Source of the DNA: an uncultured delta proteobacterium
GTDB taxonomy: Bacteria > Desulfobacterota > Binatia > UBA9968
Assembly (NCBI GenBank): GCA_963737905.1
Contig: CAVTUQ010000002.1
Span: 96,001 to 160,000 of the forward strand
Reading direction: 5' to 3'
DNA length: 64,000 nucleotides
Shown here: positions 1 through 9,800 of the stretch, piece after piece
Layout: every line of letters begins with the position of its first letter
Numbering within the stretch: the stretch's first letter is position 1
The notes under the pieces: generated by a model
Database searches by the model: none
What the model saw: only the letters and a program-made list of their open reading frames with translations
What the model was told of the DNA's origin: nothing
Program-made: the position numbers and the translations under genes

Positions 1-67
1 GGCGTATCGCTTATAGCGTATGCTTCTTATGTCCCAACTATATGCCCTAAGCTATCAGCCCTATGCG
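1..67. repeat. Heptamer-periodic palindromic intergenic element, family A, copy 1 (may be cut by the window edge)
   Basis: The core atgtcccaactatatgccctaagctatcagcc recurs with a few substitutions at ~2991-3023 and, reverse-complemented, at ~54421-54453. Confidence 0.75.
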
Positions 68-109
68 AATCGATATCACGAACCTTTGACAACTGTAAAC
101 AGTATCTGT

Positions 110-502
110 CTAGCGCGCGCAATGCCTGCAGGCGCCATAGAAAGCGGTTTGGTGGGACGTGACCTTAAATCCTCGATGCGGAAGTCTCGTCGGCTTGATC
201 TCATTTTTCGTATCGACCAAAACATCGTAGACCCGCCCGCACTGCTCGCAGATGAAATGCTGATGGCGCTGGACGAGAGGATCGAAATGTTGCGTGCGTC
301 CCAACATTAACACCTGGAGTTTTTCGTCAGCGACCAATTTTTGCAAATTACGATACACGGTTCCGAGGCTCACGTTGGGCAAACGTTCCCGCACTTTGTC
401 GTAAACCTGATCCGCAGTTGGATGAGACGCATCGTCTTTAATCGCCTCCCAGACAACTTGCAACTGCTTCGTGTTTCTTGGCTTCTTATCCACCTTCGGC
501 AT
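110..502 (-). CDS. Fur family transcriptional repressor, PerR-like
   Basis: HPTADQVY...SLGTVYRNL helix-turn-helix, HQHFICEQCG and C-terminal CxxC; last gene of the rubrerythrin operon. Confidence 0.9.
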   Translation of the reverse strand: MPKVDKKPRNTKQLQVVWEAIKDDASHPTADQVYDKVRERLPNVSLGTVYRNLQKLVADEKLQVLMLGRTQHFDPLVQRHQHFICEQCGRVYDVLVDTKNEIKPTRLPHRGFKVTSHQTAFYGACRHCAR

Positions 503-504
503 GG

Positions 505-1080
505 TTATCTCGTAAGATCCTCTACCAAAGATTTTCGCGTATTAGGTTCGATAACTGCGCTTGCCTGGTAACTCGGATGATCGATCACAAGCTCGGCCCT
601 TTCACCTTTGATAAACGCCTGGAGCGCGGCCTCGGAAAAGGGGAATTTCACGTACTGCACCGCACTGATCTTGTCTTCCTTGCTGTGGCCCTCTTCAAAG
701 CGCGCATGCATGGAATGGCTTCCGACCTTGAGGCAAACCGACTCGTCGATGCCTAAGAATTTCAGCAAATCTTCCCGGAGATGGGTCTGATCCTCGATCT
801 CTAAAAAAAGTGTGGCACTCAGCTCTCCGGGCGCCGGGACGAGCTCATTATAGACCTCAATTTCCTCCCGAATCTTATCCAGGTCGGAAATTTTTTCCGC
901 CCGCATCATCTCTTGGATTTGAAAGATCACCGTGTCCCGGTTCTCGAAGACCAGGGTCACTTTGTCTCCCACGGATACTCGTCTCTCCCGTTTGAGCTCG
1001 ATAATGCGCTGGCGAGACTTTTCGCGCAGCTTTTCATAAGCGGCGGTGCCTACGATATCTTCTAACGCAACCTTGTTCAT
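505..1080 (-). CDS. DUF3501 family protein
   Basis: FENRDTVIFQIQEMMRAE, YNELVP and SAVQYVKF motifs; lies downstream of rubrerythrin and an Fe-S oxidoreductase. Confidence 0.85.
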   Translation of the reverse strand: MNKVALEDIVGTAAYEKLREKSRQRIIELKRERRVSVGDKVTLVFENRDTVIFQIQEMMRAEKISDLDKIREEIEVYNELVPAPGELSATLFLEIEDQTHLREDLLKFLGIDESVCLKVGSHSMHARFEEGHSKEDKISAVQYVKFPFSEAALQAFIKGERAELVIDHPSYQASAVIEPNTRKSLVEDLTR

Positions 1081-2354
1081 GATTTACCGCCTTCCGCTAA
1101 ACCGTAAGCCAGCTCCAGAACCTGAACGGGGTGAAGCGGTTTCTTTCGAATCCCTTGCTGAATTTGCAAACCGGCCAAGGAGCAGTCGGATACGGTGAGA
1201 TCCGGCTTCGCCTCGCGAATGTCGCGCAGGAGCGGCTCAGCCACCTTTAATGACAAGTCGAAATACTGTTGCTTCAATCCCCACGTTCCATCGATGGCGG
1301 CACATTTCTCAAAAACCTGTACGGTGGTCCCGGGAATCAGTTCCATCAAGTCCCGAGACTTGAAACCGATATTCTGGGCTCTCAAGTGGCAAGGCATTTG
1401 ATAGGCGATTTTGCCTGCGTTTCGGACAAAACGAGTGTCTAGTTTGCCTCCGCGATGAAGAGACATGAGATATTCACACACATCAAACGTCTTAGCGGCC
1501 ACCTCCCTGGCAGCGTCTGATTTTAGCAGCCATGGATATTCTTGCTTCAACACGTAGCTGCAAGTCGGTTGCGGCACAACGACGTCATAGCCTTTCGCCA
1601 CCCACGCTTGAAGGGAATCAATATTGAATTTGGCGTTATTTTTAGTCGACTCGATATCCCCACCGTCGAGAAACGGCATACCGCAGCAGCGTTGCTCGGG
1701 GCATTGAACCTCGACGCCATTCTTTTCCAAAACTTGCATGCAAGCTTTTCCCACTTGAGGCTCATTGAAATTGACGCTGCAGGTATAGAACAGAACGACT
1801 TTGCTGCCGGCTGCGGGTGCTCTATTCGAAGCACGTTTGTCGAACCACTGGCGGAAAGTTTCCGCAGCATACTGTGGCAATATGCGTCTCCGATGAATGC
1901 CGATCATTTTTTCCATGAACCACCGATTGAGCGAATTGCGGTTGAGCCAATTCACCAGCGGCGCAAATAAGCTCCCCAGACGGCCAATGGCATCCACGTG
2001 TCCTAAGAAGCGATCCTGCAGCGACTGTCCCTCGCGTTTCGTTTGAATTGCCCGAGACCGGAGCATGAGCCGCGGGAAGTCGATCTCCCAGCGATGCGGC
2101 GGCGTATAAGGGCAGTGATTAAAGCAGAGCTTGCACTGATAGCAAAGATCGGTGACGCTCTTGAGATCGGCGGAATTCAGCTTTTCCGCTTCGCCGTCGA
2201 CCTCTCCTCGATCCAACCGCTCAAAAAGGTCGTTGAAAGAGGGACATAGATTATAGCAACGACGACAACCATTACAGATGTCGAAGACGCGCCTGAGCTC
2301 GCCTTCGACATCCGATGGATCCCAAAACGCTCTGCTTTCCGTATCAAGACTCAT
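1077..2354 (-). CDS. Rubrerythrin-associated Fe-S oxidoreductase (GlpC/HdrD-like, CCG domains)
   Basis: CNGCRRCYNLCP and CYQCKLCFNHCP ferredoxin motifs plus CCG domains; ATG 2354 chosen to avoid overlap with rubrerythrin (the ORF track extends to 2444). Confidence 0.85.
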   Translation of the reverse strand: MSLDTESRAFWDPSDVEGELRRVFDICNGCRRCYNLCPSFNDLFERLDRGEVDGEAEKLNSADLKSVTDLCYQCKLCFNHCPYTPPHRWEIDFPRLMLRSRAIQTKREGQSLQDRFLGHVDAIGRLGSLFAPLVNWLNRNSLNRWFMEKMIGIHRRRILPQYAAETFRQWFDKRASNRAPAAGSKVVLFYTCSVNFNEPQVGKACMQVLEKNGVEVQCPEQRCCGMPFLDGGDIESTKNNAKFNIDSLQAWVAKGYDVVVPQPTCSYVLKQEYPWLLKSDAAREVAAKTFDVCEYLMSLHRGGKLDTRFVRNAGKIAYQMPCHLRAQNIGFKSRDLMELIPGTTVQVFEKCAAIDGTWGLKQQYFDLSLKVAEPLLRDIREAKPDLTVSDCSLAGLQIQQGIRKKPLHPVQVLELAYGLAEGGKS

Positions 2355-2409
2355 GATGAGATCCAAGGTCAGGGATGGAGACTGCCATCCCTGACCTACC
2401 CTAGATGGG

Positions 2410-2862
2410 TCAGCTTGCGGCGTCCGCGGGCTCTCTACCGGCAATCTTCTCCAACCCTTTGGAGAATCGCCCGGCGTGAGATTTTTCCGCTTTGGCTAGC
2501 GTTTCGAACCACTCTGCCAATTCCGCATATCCTTCCTCGCGCGCTGTCTTGGCGAATCCGGGATACATCTCGGTATACTCGTACGTCTCGCCCTCGACGG
2601 CAGACTTGAGATTCTTCTCTGTGCTGCCGATGGGAACGTCGGTGACCGGATCGCCTACTTCTTTCAAGAAATCCAGATGGCCGAAGGCATGTCCCGTCTC
2701 AGCCTCAGAGGTGTCACGGAACAAACCTCCGACGTCCGGGTACCCTTCGATATCGGCTACCCTTGCGAAATAGAGATAGCGCCGGTTAGCCTGAGACTCC
2801 GCCGCGAAGGCGTTCTTCAGGTTTCCATGGCTCTTGGAGCCCTCTAAACTTTTTGCCATCAT
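2410..2862 (-). CDS. rbr: Rubrerythrin, short form without a rubredoxin domain
   Basis: [32 protein letters not shown] and EKSHA diiron motifs; GGAGG RBS upstream. Confidence 0.92.
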   Translation of the reverse strand: MMAKSLEGSKSHGNLKNAFAAESQANRRYLYFARVADIEGYPDVGGLFRDTSEAETGHAFGHLDFLKEVGDPVTDVPIGSTEKNLKSAVEGETYEYTEMYPGFAKTAREEGYAELAEWFETLAKAEKSHAGRFSKGLEKIAGREPADAAS

Positions 2863-2879
2863 GCTGTCCTCCACTTATT

Positions 2880-2898
2880 AATAATAATTGCTATTATA
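2880..2898. promoter_or_regulatory. Fur/PerR box upstream of the rubrerythrin operon
   Basis: ATAAT-N7-ATTAT inverted repeat at 2881-2897, matching Fur-box geometry. It overlaps a minus-strand TATAAT; TTGACA at 2918-2913 is only 14 bp away. Confidence 0.7.
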
Positions 2899-2954
2899 GA
2901 AAGCACATCCACTGTCAAGGAACGGAGAATGAATTTTCTTTGTTACAAAGCTAA

Positions 2955-3030
2955 ATGGCGTATCCATATAGCGTATAGCGCATGGTTCCATATGTTCGAA
3001 CCATATGCCATAAGCGATCAGCCCTATGCG
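2955..3030. repeat. Heptamer-periodic palindromic element, family A, copy 2
   Basis: atggcgtatccatatagcgtatagcgcatgg...ccatatgccataagcgatcagccctatgcg; same orientation as copy 1. Confidence 0.75.
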
Positions 3031-3064
3031 CTTCGAGGCGCGCGACTCGCCTCTGAGATCCCGT

Positions 3065-3776
3065 TCAGCGAAGGCGATATTTAGCGCGCATCTCGTCCCA
3101 GCCATCAATTCCCGCAAGATCTTCTAAAACTGTGGTTGTCGGAGGCAGGATGGGGAAGTCGTTGTGATAAACTTCCGCCAACGCTTCGGCGGGTTTGAGC
3201 CACACGGCATGTGTTACCTCTTCGGACCGCGACAGCGCCGTTTGCTGCGCGGGCAATAGAGCCAGGTAAAAGCGGGTATCGAATCGCATAGGATAGAATT
3301 CCGGCGTCACGCGATGGAAAAAATAAATCATGCGCGACAGGTTACACCACAGTTCTTCTGATTCGAGGAACTCTCCGAAACTCTAGTTCTTCCCTGACGA
3401 TCGCCTTTCGTTTGAACTCGAACCTTTCTTTTGTCGTCTCGTCGCGCAGTTCAATGGGCTCTCCCGATTTCGCCTCACAAAGAAGAATTCCAACTTCTTC
3501 AAACAATTCTCGAATGCCGGCGATCCAATGACCCAACGCCAACTCCGGCTCATGCCGGCGGCCGAGAAGCTTTTGCGCGTCGCTTACTGATAATCCCCGG
3601 CAACGCTGCAGCACCCTTGCCGAATAGTCGTCGTTGTGGACAGCGCCACCCGGAAAAACGTAGAAGCCGCCCAAAAACTTCATCTCAGCCGGCCGTCGAG
3701 TCAGAAGGAGTTCGAAGCTGCCATCCTCATCCGGCCGGAGGAGAACGACCGTGGAAGCGTAACGCGCCTGCGTCAT
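3065..3776 (-). CDS. NUDIX hydrolase (Nudt19-like), split by a frameshift near 3340-3380
   Basis: VFPGG...IRELFEEVG Nudix box in the 5' ORF and TP...RFDTRFY in the 3' ORF. Confidence 0.8.
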
Positions 3777-3790
3777 AAAAGCGGGAGAAT

Positions 3791-4834
3791 TTACTTTCGC
3801 CCAATGTCCCGCAGCAGTTTCTCCCATTTGCCGGTTTCTTTTTCGTATTGCTCGACGGTCATGCCCGCCTCGGCGTACCAACGCTTGAAATCAGGCTTGT
3901 TCATAGCGCTGTCGAGCCCGAATTTGCCGAGAAACTTCTGTCCCTCGGGGCTGAGCAGGAAGTCGGCCAACAAAAGAGCCGCGTGCGGATGGGGCGCATG
4001 CGCCGGCAGGGCGACTCCTCCCGCGTTAGTCGGAACAACGTCCATGGGCACCCACTTGATCGGCGCGCCTTTTGAAATCGATACCCGCGAGTGGCTGAGA
4101 AATACCGTGGGCGATACGCCCAGTTCCCCGGAAATCACCATGTCCAGTATCGCCCGGCCCGAAACACCATGAAGGGTGATATCCTGCGATTTGAGCTTCT
4201 GGACGAACTCGCCGCCCTTGGTGGCCAACATAGCCCCGATCACTCGGTTCCCCGTATCGCTGGTGGCGAATCCGATCTTCCCTTTGAGCTCGGGCTTTAG
4301 GAGGTCTTCGAATCGTTTCGGCGCCGCGGCGGCTGGCACCACATTGGTATTGTATGCGACTCCGATATAGGACTCGCGGTCGGTCGCCCAGTAGACGAGT
4401 CCCTTTTCGGCTTTTTCTTTAACCTCGTCGGGATAAGAGGCCAGATAGGGTGAGAAGTAGCGGCCAATGATTTTTTCATCCTGCATAACTTTTAGGATTG
4501 GGAACGTGGTCTCGATCGTATCCACCAGATAACGCTTCGCTTGCGCCTCCTGAAGTATCCTCGAGATCAGGGCATCGCTGTCGCCGCGATAGACTTCCAT
4601 CTTGACGCCTGGATACTTTGCCTCGAAGACCTTCGGCGCCTCAATATTCGGTCCACCGGTAAGCGACGTGTACCACATCAACTTGCCCTCTTTTTTCGCC
4701 CCTTCGTAAAGAACCTGCTCGCGATCCGGTTTGTTGTAGGCCGCCAGATCGGCGACTGTCGCCGGCTTTACTTGAGCCCATAGTCTTGGCTGCCAACTCA
4801 ACGCGACGATTAGCGTGAATACGAAAAGTTTCAT
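3791..4834 (-). CDS. Extracellular solute-binding protein (Fe3+/thiamine-type ABC SBP family)
   Basis: Signal peptide MKLFVFTLIVAL..., AKKEGKLMWYTS, APHPHAALLLADFLLSPEGQ; no permease adjacent. Confidence 0.85.
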   Translation of the reverse strand: MKLFVFTLIVALSWQPRLWAQVKPATVADLAAYNKPDREQVLYEGAKKEGKLMWYTSLTGGPNIEAPKVFEAKYPGVKMEVYRGDSDALISRILQEAQAKRYLVDTIETTFPILKVMQDEKIIGRYFSPYLASYPDEVKEKAEKGLVYWATDRESYIGVAYNTNVVPAAAAPKRFEDLLKPELKGKIGFATSDTGNRVIGAMLATKGGEFVQKLKSQDITLHGVSGRAILDMVISGELGVSPTVFLSHSRVSISKGAPIKWVPMDVVPTNAGGVALPAHAPHPHAALLLADFLLSPEGQKFLGKFGLDSAMNKPDFKRWYAEAGMTVEQYEKETGKWEKLLRDIGRK

Positions 4835-4977
4835 TCTTGCTCTCCTTGCTTCGCGAGATCTTACAGAATTGTTATAACCCCTCGATGCGGGAAAACTAAA
4901 GAGGGGTGAAACTCGAGTCGGTATTTGTGTTGGGGCCGCTAGTGTGGTGTTTTCCGAAATCCGTTGAATAAGTTGAG

Positions 4978-5066
4978 CGTCATTCCGGGCAAGCTGGCGA
5001 TAGCTAGCGCGACCCGGAATCCAGAATTTCAAAGACTTCTGGATGCCCACTTTCGCGAGCATGACG
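4978..5066. repeat. REP-like nested palindromic element
   Basis: cgtcattccggg...cccggaatccag...ctggat...atgacg, with nested inverted repeats and complementary ends. Confidence 0.7.
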
Positions 5067-5114
5067 GTCGGGAGACCCTGACTTCTTTTGCGAACTTTAG
5101 TTCCACGACACTAG

Positions 5115-6230
5115 TCAGTCTTTCAGCCGCAGGACATTGTGCGCTGTGATCGGGCGGTGAAAGCCCTTCAGTGTTAGCTCGCCTGCGGGCTCCACTTCCA
5201 CCAAATCTTCCACAGTCCCGAGCAGGCGTTGGGAAACCAGGATCTGACTGGGTTTGGCCTCACCGCAGAGGCGTGACGCAAGATTGGTGACGGTGCCGAT
5301 GGCGCCGTAATCCCAGCGGCCTTCAAATCCGATGCCGCCGATGGTGGCGTAGCCCTGCGCGATACCGACTCCCAAGTCGAGGTCATAACCTAATTTACGC
5401 CATTTTACGATCATCTCTTTCACTCGCTCCCGCATCGCCAGCGCCATCCCAATTGCCCGTTCCGCCGGATTGGGAACCGGCACCGGATCATTAAAAAAAA
5501 TCATCATGCCGTCGCCAGTGAATCGTTCCAAAGTCCCTTCGTGCTCCAGGATCAGCTTCCCCATTTCGGTATGGTACTCGCGCAGGACACCCATAACTTC
5601 TTCCGGCTCAGCGGTCTCGGCGAAAGCAGTGAAGCCCCGCAGGTCGAGAAAAACCACAGTGACCTCTCGCCGGTGGGTCTTCAGCGGGTCATCGGCGCCT
5701 CCGGCCACAATTAACTCGGCAAGCTGAGGCGAAAAGAAACGTTTTAGTCGCCCAAGTTGTTCAAGCTGAGTCACCTGATCTTCGACTCGCTGTTGCAGAG
5801 TCTTGTTCCAATCTGAAAGCTCGGCGGCTTGAACTTGAACGGTGTCATAAAGTTCTTTGATTCTAAGAAGCGACTTCGTTCGCGCGAGAAGCTCAGCCTG
5901 ATTGATCGGCTTCGTAAGAAAGTCATCAGCTCCAGCTTCGATCCCTTTGATTCGCTCTTCAGCGGGATCAAGCGCCGTCACCATCACCACGGGAAGAGTC
6001 CTCGTCTCCGGAATCTCGCGAATTTTACGGCACACCTCATAGCCGCTCATCTCGGGCATCACGACATCAAGAAGCACCAAATCGGGCTGCTCTCGCTCGA
6101 TCTTGTCTAGGGCTTCCTGCCCCGATACCGCGGTCACGACAGCGTATCCTTTGACGGTCAAAAGATCGGCCAGGAGCTTTACGTTCCTGGGAGTGTCATC
6201 GACAACAAGAATTTTGGCCGGTGATTTCAC
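5115..6230 (-). CDS. Response regulator receiver fused to a class III nucleotide cyclase (copy 1)
   Basis: N-terminal REC (VVDD, LLDVVMP, KP), coiled coil, cyclase motifs FLDLRGFT, ERFTGDG and NLASRL. Confidence 0.93.
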   Translation of the reverse strand: MKSPAKILVVDDTPRNVKLLADLLTVKGYAVVTAVSGQEALDKIEREQPDLVLLDVVMPEMSGYEVCRKIREIPETRTLPVVMVTALDPAEERIKGIEAGADDFLTKPINQAELLARTKSLLRIKELYDTVQVQAAELSDWNKTLQQRVEDQVTQLEQLGRLKRFFSPQLAELIVAGGADDPLKTHRREVTVVFLDLRGFTAFAETAEPEEVMGVLREYHTEMGKLILEHEGTLERFTGDGMMIFFNDPVPVPNPAERAIGMALAMRERVKEMIVKWRKLGYDLDLGVGIAQGYATIGGIGFEGRWDYGAIGTVTNLASRLCGEAKPSQILVSQRLLGTVEDLVEVEPAGELTLKGFHRPITAHNVLRLKD

Positions 6231-6243
6231 GTCTCAATCGCAG

Positions 6244-6316
6244 GTGAGGAGTAAGGGATGAAGGGTCAGGCGAGAAAAGCAGGGACGCCCTCACGACTTA
6301 CCCCTGACGCCTTACG
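6244..6316. repeat. Heptamer-periodic inverted repeat element (gtgagga/cctcacg type)
   Basis: Left arm gtgagga-gtaaggg-atgaagg-gtcaggc; right arm cctcacg-acttacc-cctgacg-ccttacg, which contains the stop codon of the receiver gene. Confidence 0.75.
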
Positions 6317-6692
6317 TTTTTGTCTCTCGAAGGACCCTTTCCACTTCCCCGAGAAAGTCCTTCAAGCTGATCGGCTTGGTCTGGTAGCCGTCAAACCCTT
6401 CAGCCAACATCGTTTTTCTATTGTGGGTCATGGCCGACGCGGTAATCGCGATGATAGGTATGCTCTGTGTTTGTGGCTTGGCCCGGAGTTGCTTCAGCGC
6501 GGTAATTCCGTCTATCCCCGGGAGCTGGATGTCCATGAGGATAAGAGCAGGCGATTTGTCCAGCGCGAGCTTTATTCCTTCTTCGGCCGTCTCAGCCTCT
6601 ATGGTCGTATAGCCCTTGACCTGAAGCACGTCTCGAACCAGCTTCCGGTTCTTCTCGTTATCTTCGATGATCAGTACCAGTTCGTTAGGCAT
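6312..6692 (-). CDS. Single-domain response regulator (DivK/CheY-like), copy 1
   Basis: IIEDN, ILMDIQLPGIDG, TKP. Confidence 0.92.
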   Translation of the reverse strand: MPNELVLIIEDNEKNRKLVRDVLQVKGYTTIEAETAEEGIKLALDKSPALILMDIQLPGIDGITALKQLRAKPQTQSIPIIAITASAMTHNRKTMLAEGFDGYQTKPISLKDFLGEVERVLRETKT

Positions 6693-6707
6693 AAAAGTTC
6701 GATGATC

Positions 6708-6800
6708 CTCCCGCAAAGGCGCAAAGACGCCAAGTTTAGAAGAAAAGATGGCTGATAATTCTAATAATAATTCTTCTAACACTTTGCGCCTTTGCGGGAG
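6708..6800. repeat. cgcaaag-type palindromic element with a perfect 19-bp inverted repeat
   Basis: ctcccgcaaaggcgcaaag (6708-6726) and ctttgcgcctttgcgggag (6782-6800) around an AT-rich spacer. Confidence 0.85.
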
Positions 6801-6806
6801 AAATTC

Positions 6807-9800
6807 TTATCTTATCGGAAGCGTGAACGTGAACGTCGATCCCCTTCCCATCTCGCTCTGCACCCAAATTTTGCCTTCGTGCAATTCGACGAATTTTCTG
6901 GTTAGACTCAACCCGAGCCCAGTTCCCTCGCGCTTCTGTGCATAGTTGGTCCCTACCTGGCGGAATTCCTCAAAGATCGCTTCCTGATCTTGCGGCGCGA
7001 TGCCGATGCCCGTGTCGGTGACCGAAATAATCACCGCACTGTCGCCCAGTGTCGCCTCGATCTTAATTCGCCCGCCCTCCGGCGTAAATTTCACCGCGTT
7101 GGACAGCAAGTTGACTAACACCTGCTTCACCTTGCGCTCGTCTCCGGTGAAGTCGCCAAGGCGGTCGTCGATGATACGTTCGAGCTTGATACCATGACGG
7201 CTGGCGCGCTCCCGTATGAGTAACAGCGCGTTCTCGATGGCGTCCGGCATGTAGAACGTCGTTACCTCCAACTCCATGCGTCCCGCCTCGATTTTGGACA
7301 GATCCAAGATGTCGTTGATGAGTGAAAGCAGGTGGCGGCCGGAGGAAAGAATGTCCTCGGTGTACTCAGCTTGCTTTTCATTTAGCTCGCCGAACAGTCT
7401 CTCCCCCAAGACTTCAGAGAAACCGATGATCGCATTGAGCGGCGTGCGCAGCTCATGCGAAACGTTGGCGAGAAATTCAGATTTATGACGGTTCGCCGTC
7501 TCCAGCTCTACACCCTTTGCTTCGATCTCGCGGAATAGCCGCGCATTTTGTATCGCCAATGCCGATTGAGTCGCAAAGGTCTGCAGAAGATTGACGACTT
7601 CCGGCGAAAAGCTGCCTGCTTCGCTTCGCCAGACCGTCAAGGCCCCCATGATTTGCTCCTCGCGGAGTAGCGGCACCGCCAAGGACAGACCGATAGCCGA
7701 GACGCGACAAGCATGGGCCGCATCGCGTAGTACCCGTAATTCCCGTTCCTCTAGAAGGTTCGCGACCTGAACTGGCGCGCGCACGTGTCGCCGCTTGACC
7801 GGTCGCGCCCTTGTCCCGGACGGACCGGGGTCGCCTGAAAGCGCTTGAACTATCTCCTCTTCCATGCGGTAACTGGCCCTGAGATGAAACTCTTGCGCAG
7901 TTTCATCGTACTCGTAGATAACGCCGCCATCGGTTCCGGAGAGTTGAACCGCGTGGCCAACGATGGTGCTAAGCACGGTCTGGAGATCGAGAGTAGAGCT
8001 GACCGCTTGTCCGACCTCCCCCAGCGCTTTCAGTTCTCCGACGGATCGCGCTAACTCGCTTCGTTCGTTGTTGTAGCTCTTGGAACAGGCGAACATTCTC
8101 GATGGCGATCACGGCTTGGTCGGCAAAGGTTTTGAGAAGCGCGATTTGCTTCTCGGTGAACGGTCGGACCTCCGTGCGGCGAATCAAGAATCGCTCCGAT
8201 CGGGACCCCCTCGCGCAGGAAGGCGTGGCTAGGCATCGTCCGAGTCGCCAATTTGTTGCTGATAATGGTCTGGCATCTGGAAACTCGCTTCTGAAGTTCT
8301 GCCGCAGGTCAAGGATGTGAACCGTTTGACGATCCATGACAGCTCGGCCTACCGCAGAACCGCGAGCTAAGGCCGATGAGCCGGTCCGAGTGGAATCGGC
8401 CCATATGCGCAACCGGCCGAAGAATGTCCCCATCAATACGATAGATCGAACCGTCAATGCCTCGCATAATCGCGCTGCGCATTTCCGCCACCGCATCCAG
8501 CACCGGCTGGATGTCGGTCGGCGAGCTAGCGATCACGCCCAGGATTTCACTCGTCGCAGTTTGTTGCTCCAACGCTTCGGTGAGTTGGCGGTTGCGATCC
8601 TCCAATTCCTTGAACAATCGTACATTCTCGATGGCTATCACCGCCTGATCGGCGAAGGTTTCTAGCAGCTTGATCTGCGCCGGTGTGAAGGGGCGTACTT
8701 CGATGCGACGTGCGTTCAATACTCCAATGAATTCTCCGCTGCTGACGAAGCGGAACGACCAATAAGGTGCGCCAGCCGCCGGTGGAACCCACCATTGGGA
8801 AATCGTTCTGCGCGCGGGCGTCTGGAATGTGAAGCGTGCCATGCTCGCGCATCCAGCGATACTGTGGCTCATCAATACTGATCTCGACGCGGCCAATGGG
8901 TATAGGACCAAAATGAGCCCGCGAAACCAACATGTTCCCCTCGTGGAGTCGCAGCACCACGTCATCAATCCCGCAAACCCGTGCGGCGCTCTCGACGATG
9001 GCGTCGAGCACCGGCTGCACGTCCGTGGGCGAGCGGCTGATGATGCCGAGGACCTCGCGGTTGCGGTCTGATGCTCCAGTGCCTCGCGCAACTCCGCGTT
9101 GCGTTCCTGAGTTCTTTGAACAGCCGGACGTTCTCGATAGCGATCACGGCCTGGTCGGCGAAGGTCTTCAGAAGCGCGATCTGCTTTCGGAAAACGGATG
9201 GACCTCGGTTCGGCGGATGAAGAATAGCCCCGACGGGCAGCGCCTTCGCGTAACAAGGGCACGGCCAGCGCGGTGCGAATGCGCTCCTGCTGCACCGCAT
9301 GCCACACTTCCGGAAATTCTTCTTCGCGTTCCGCCAGCATGTCGTGGATGTGCACGGTCTGGCGGTGCACAATCGCTCGTCCGGTGTTGGAACCGCCGCT
9401 GATCCGCCTCGTACTCCCGAGCGGAATGCCAATCCGGGCACGGTGCCGTAGCGCGCAACCTTGCGCATCATGTCGCCGTCGACGCGATAGATCTGTGCGT
9501 CTTGGGCGTCACATAGGCGCGCGGCACTTTCCGCCACAGCATCGAGCACGGGCTGAAGATCGGTGGGCGAGCTGGCAATCACGCGCAGAATCTCGCTCGT
9601 CGCGGTTTGTTGCTCCAGGGCCTCGGTGAGATCGCGGTTGCGGATTTCGGTAGTTCCTAAATAAGCGGGCGTTCTCGATCGCAATGACCGCTTGATCGGC
9701 AAAGGTCTGAAGCAGCGCCACTTGCTTCTGCGAGAATGGGGCGATGGCGGCGTGCCAAACTGTAATTGCGCCGATCGGATCAGCTCCCCCGGAGCATCGG

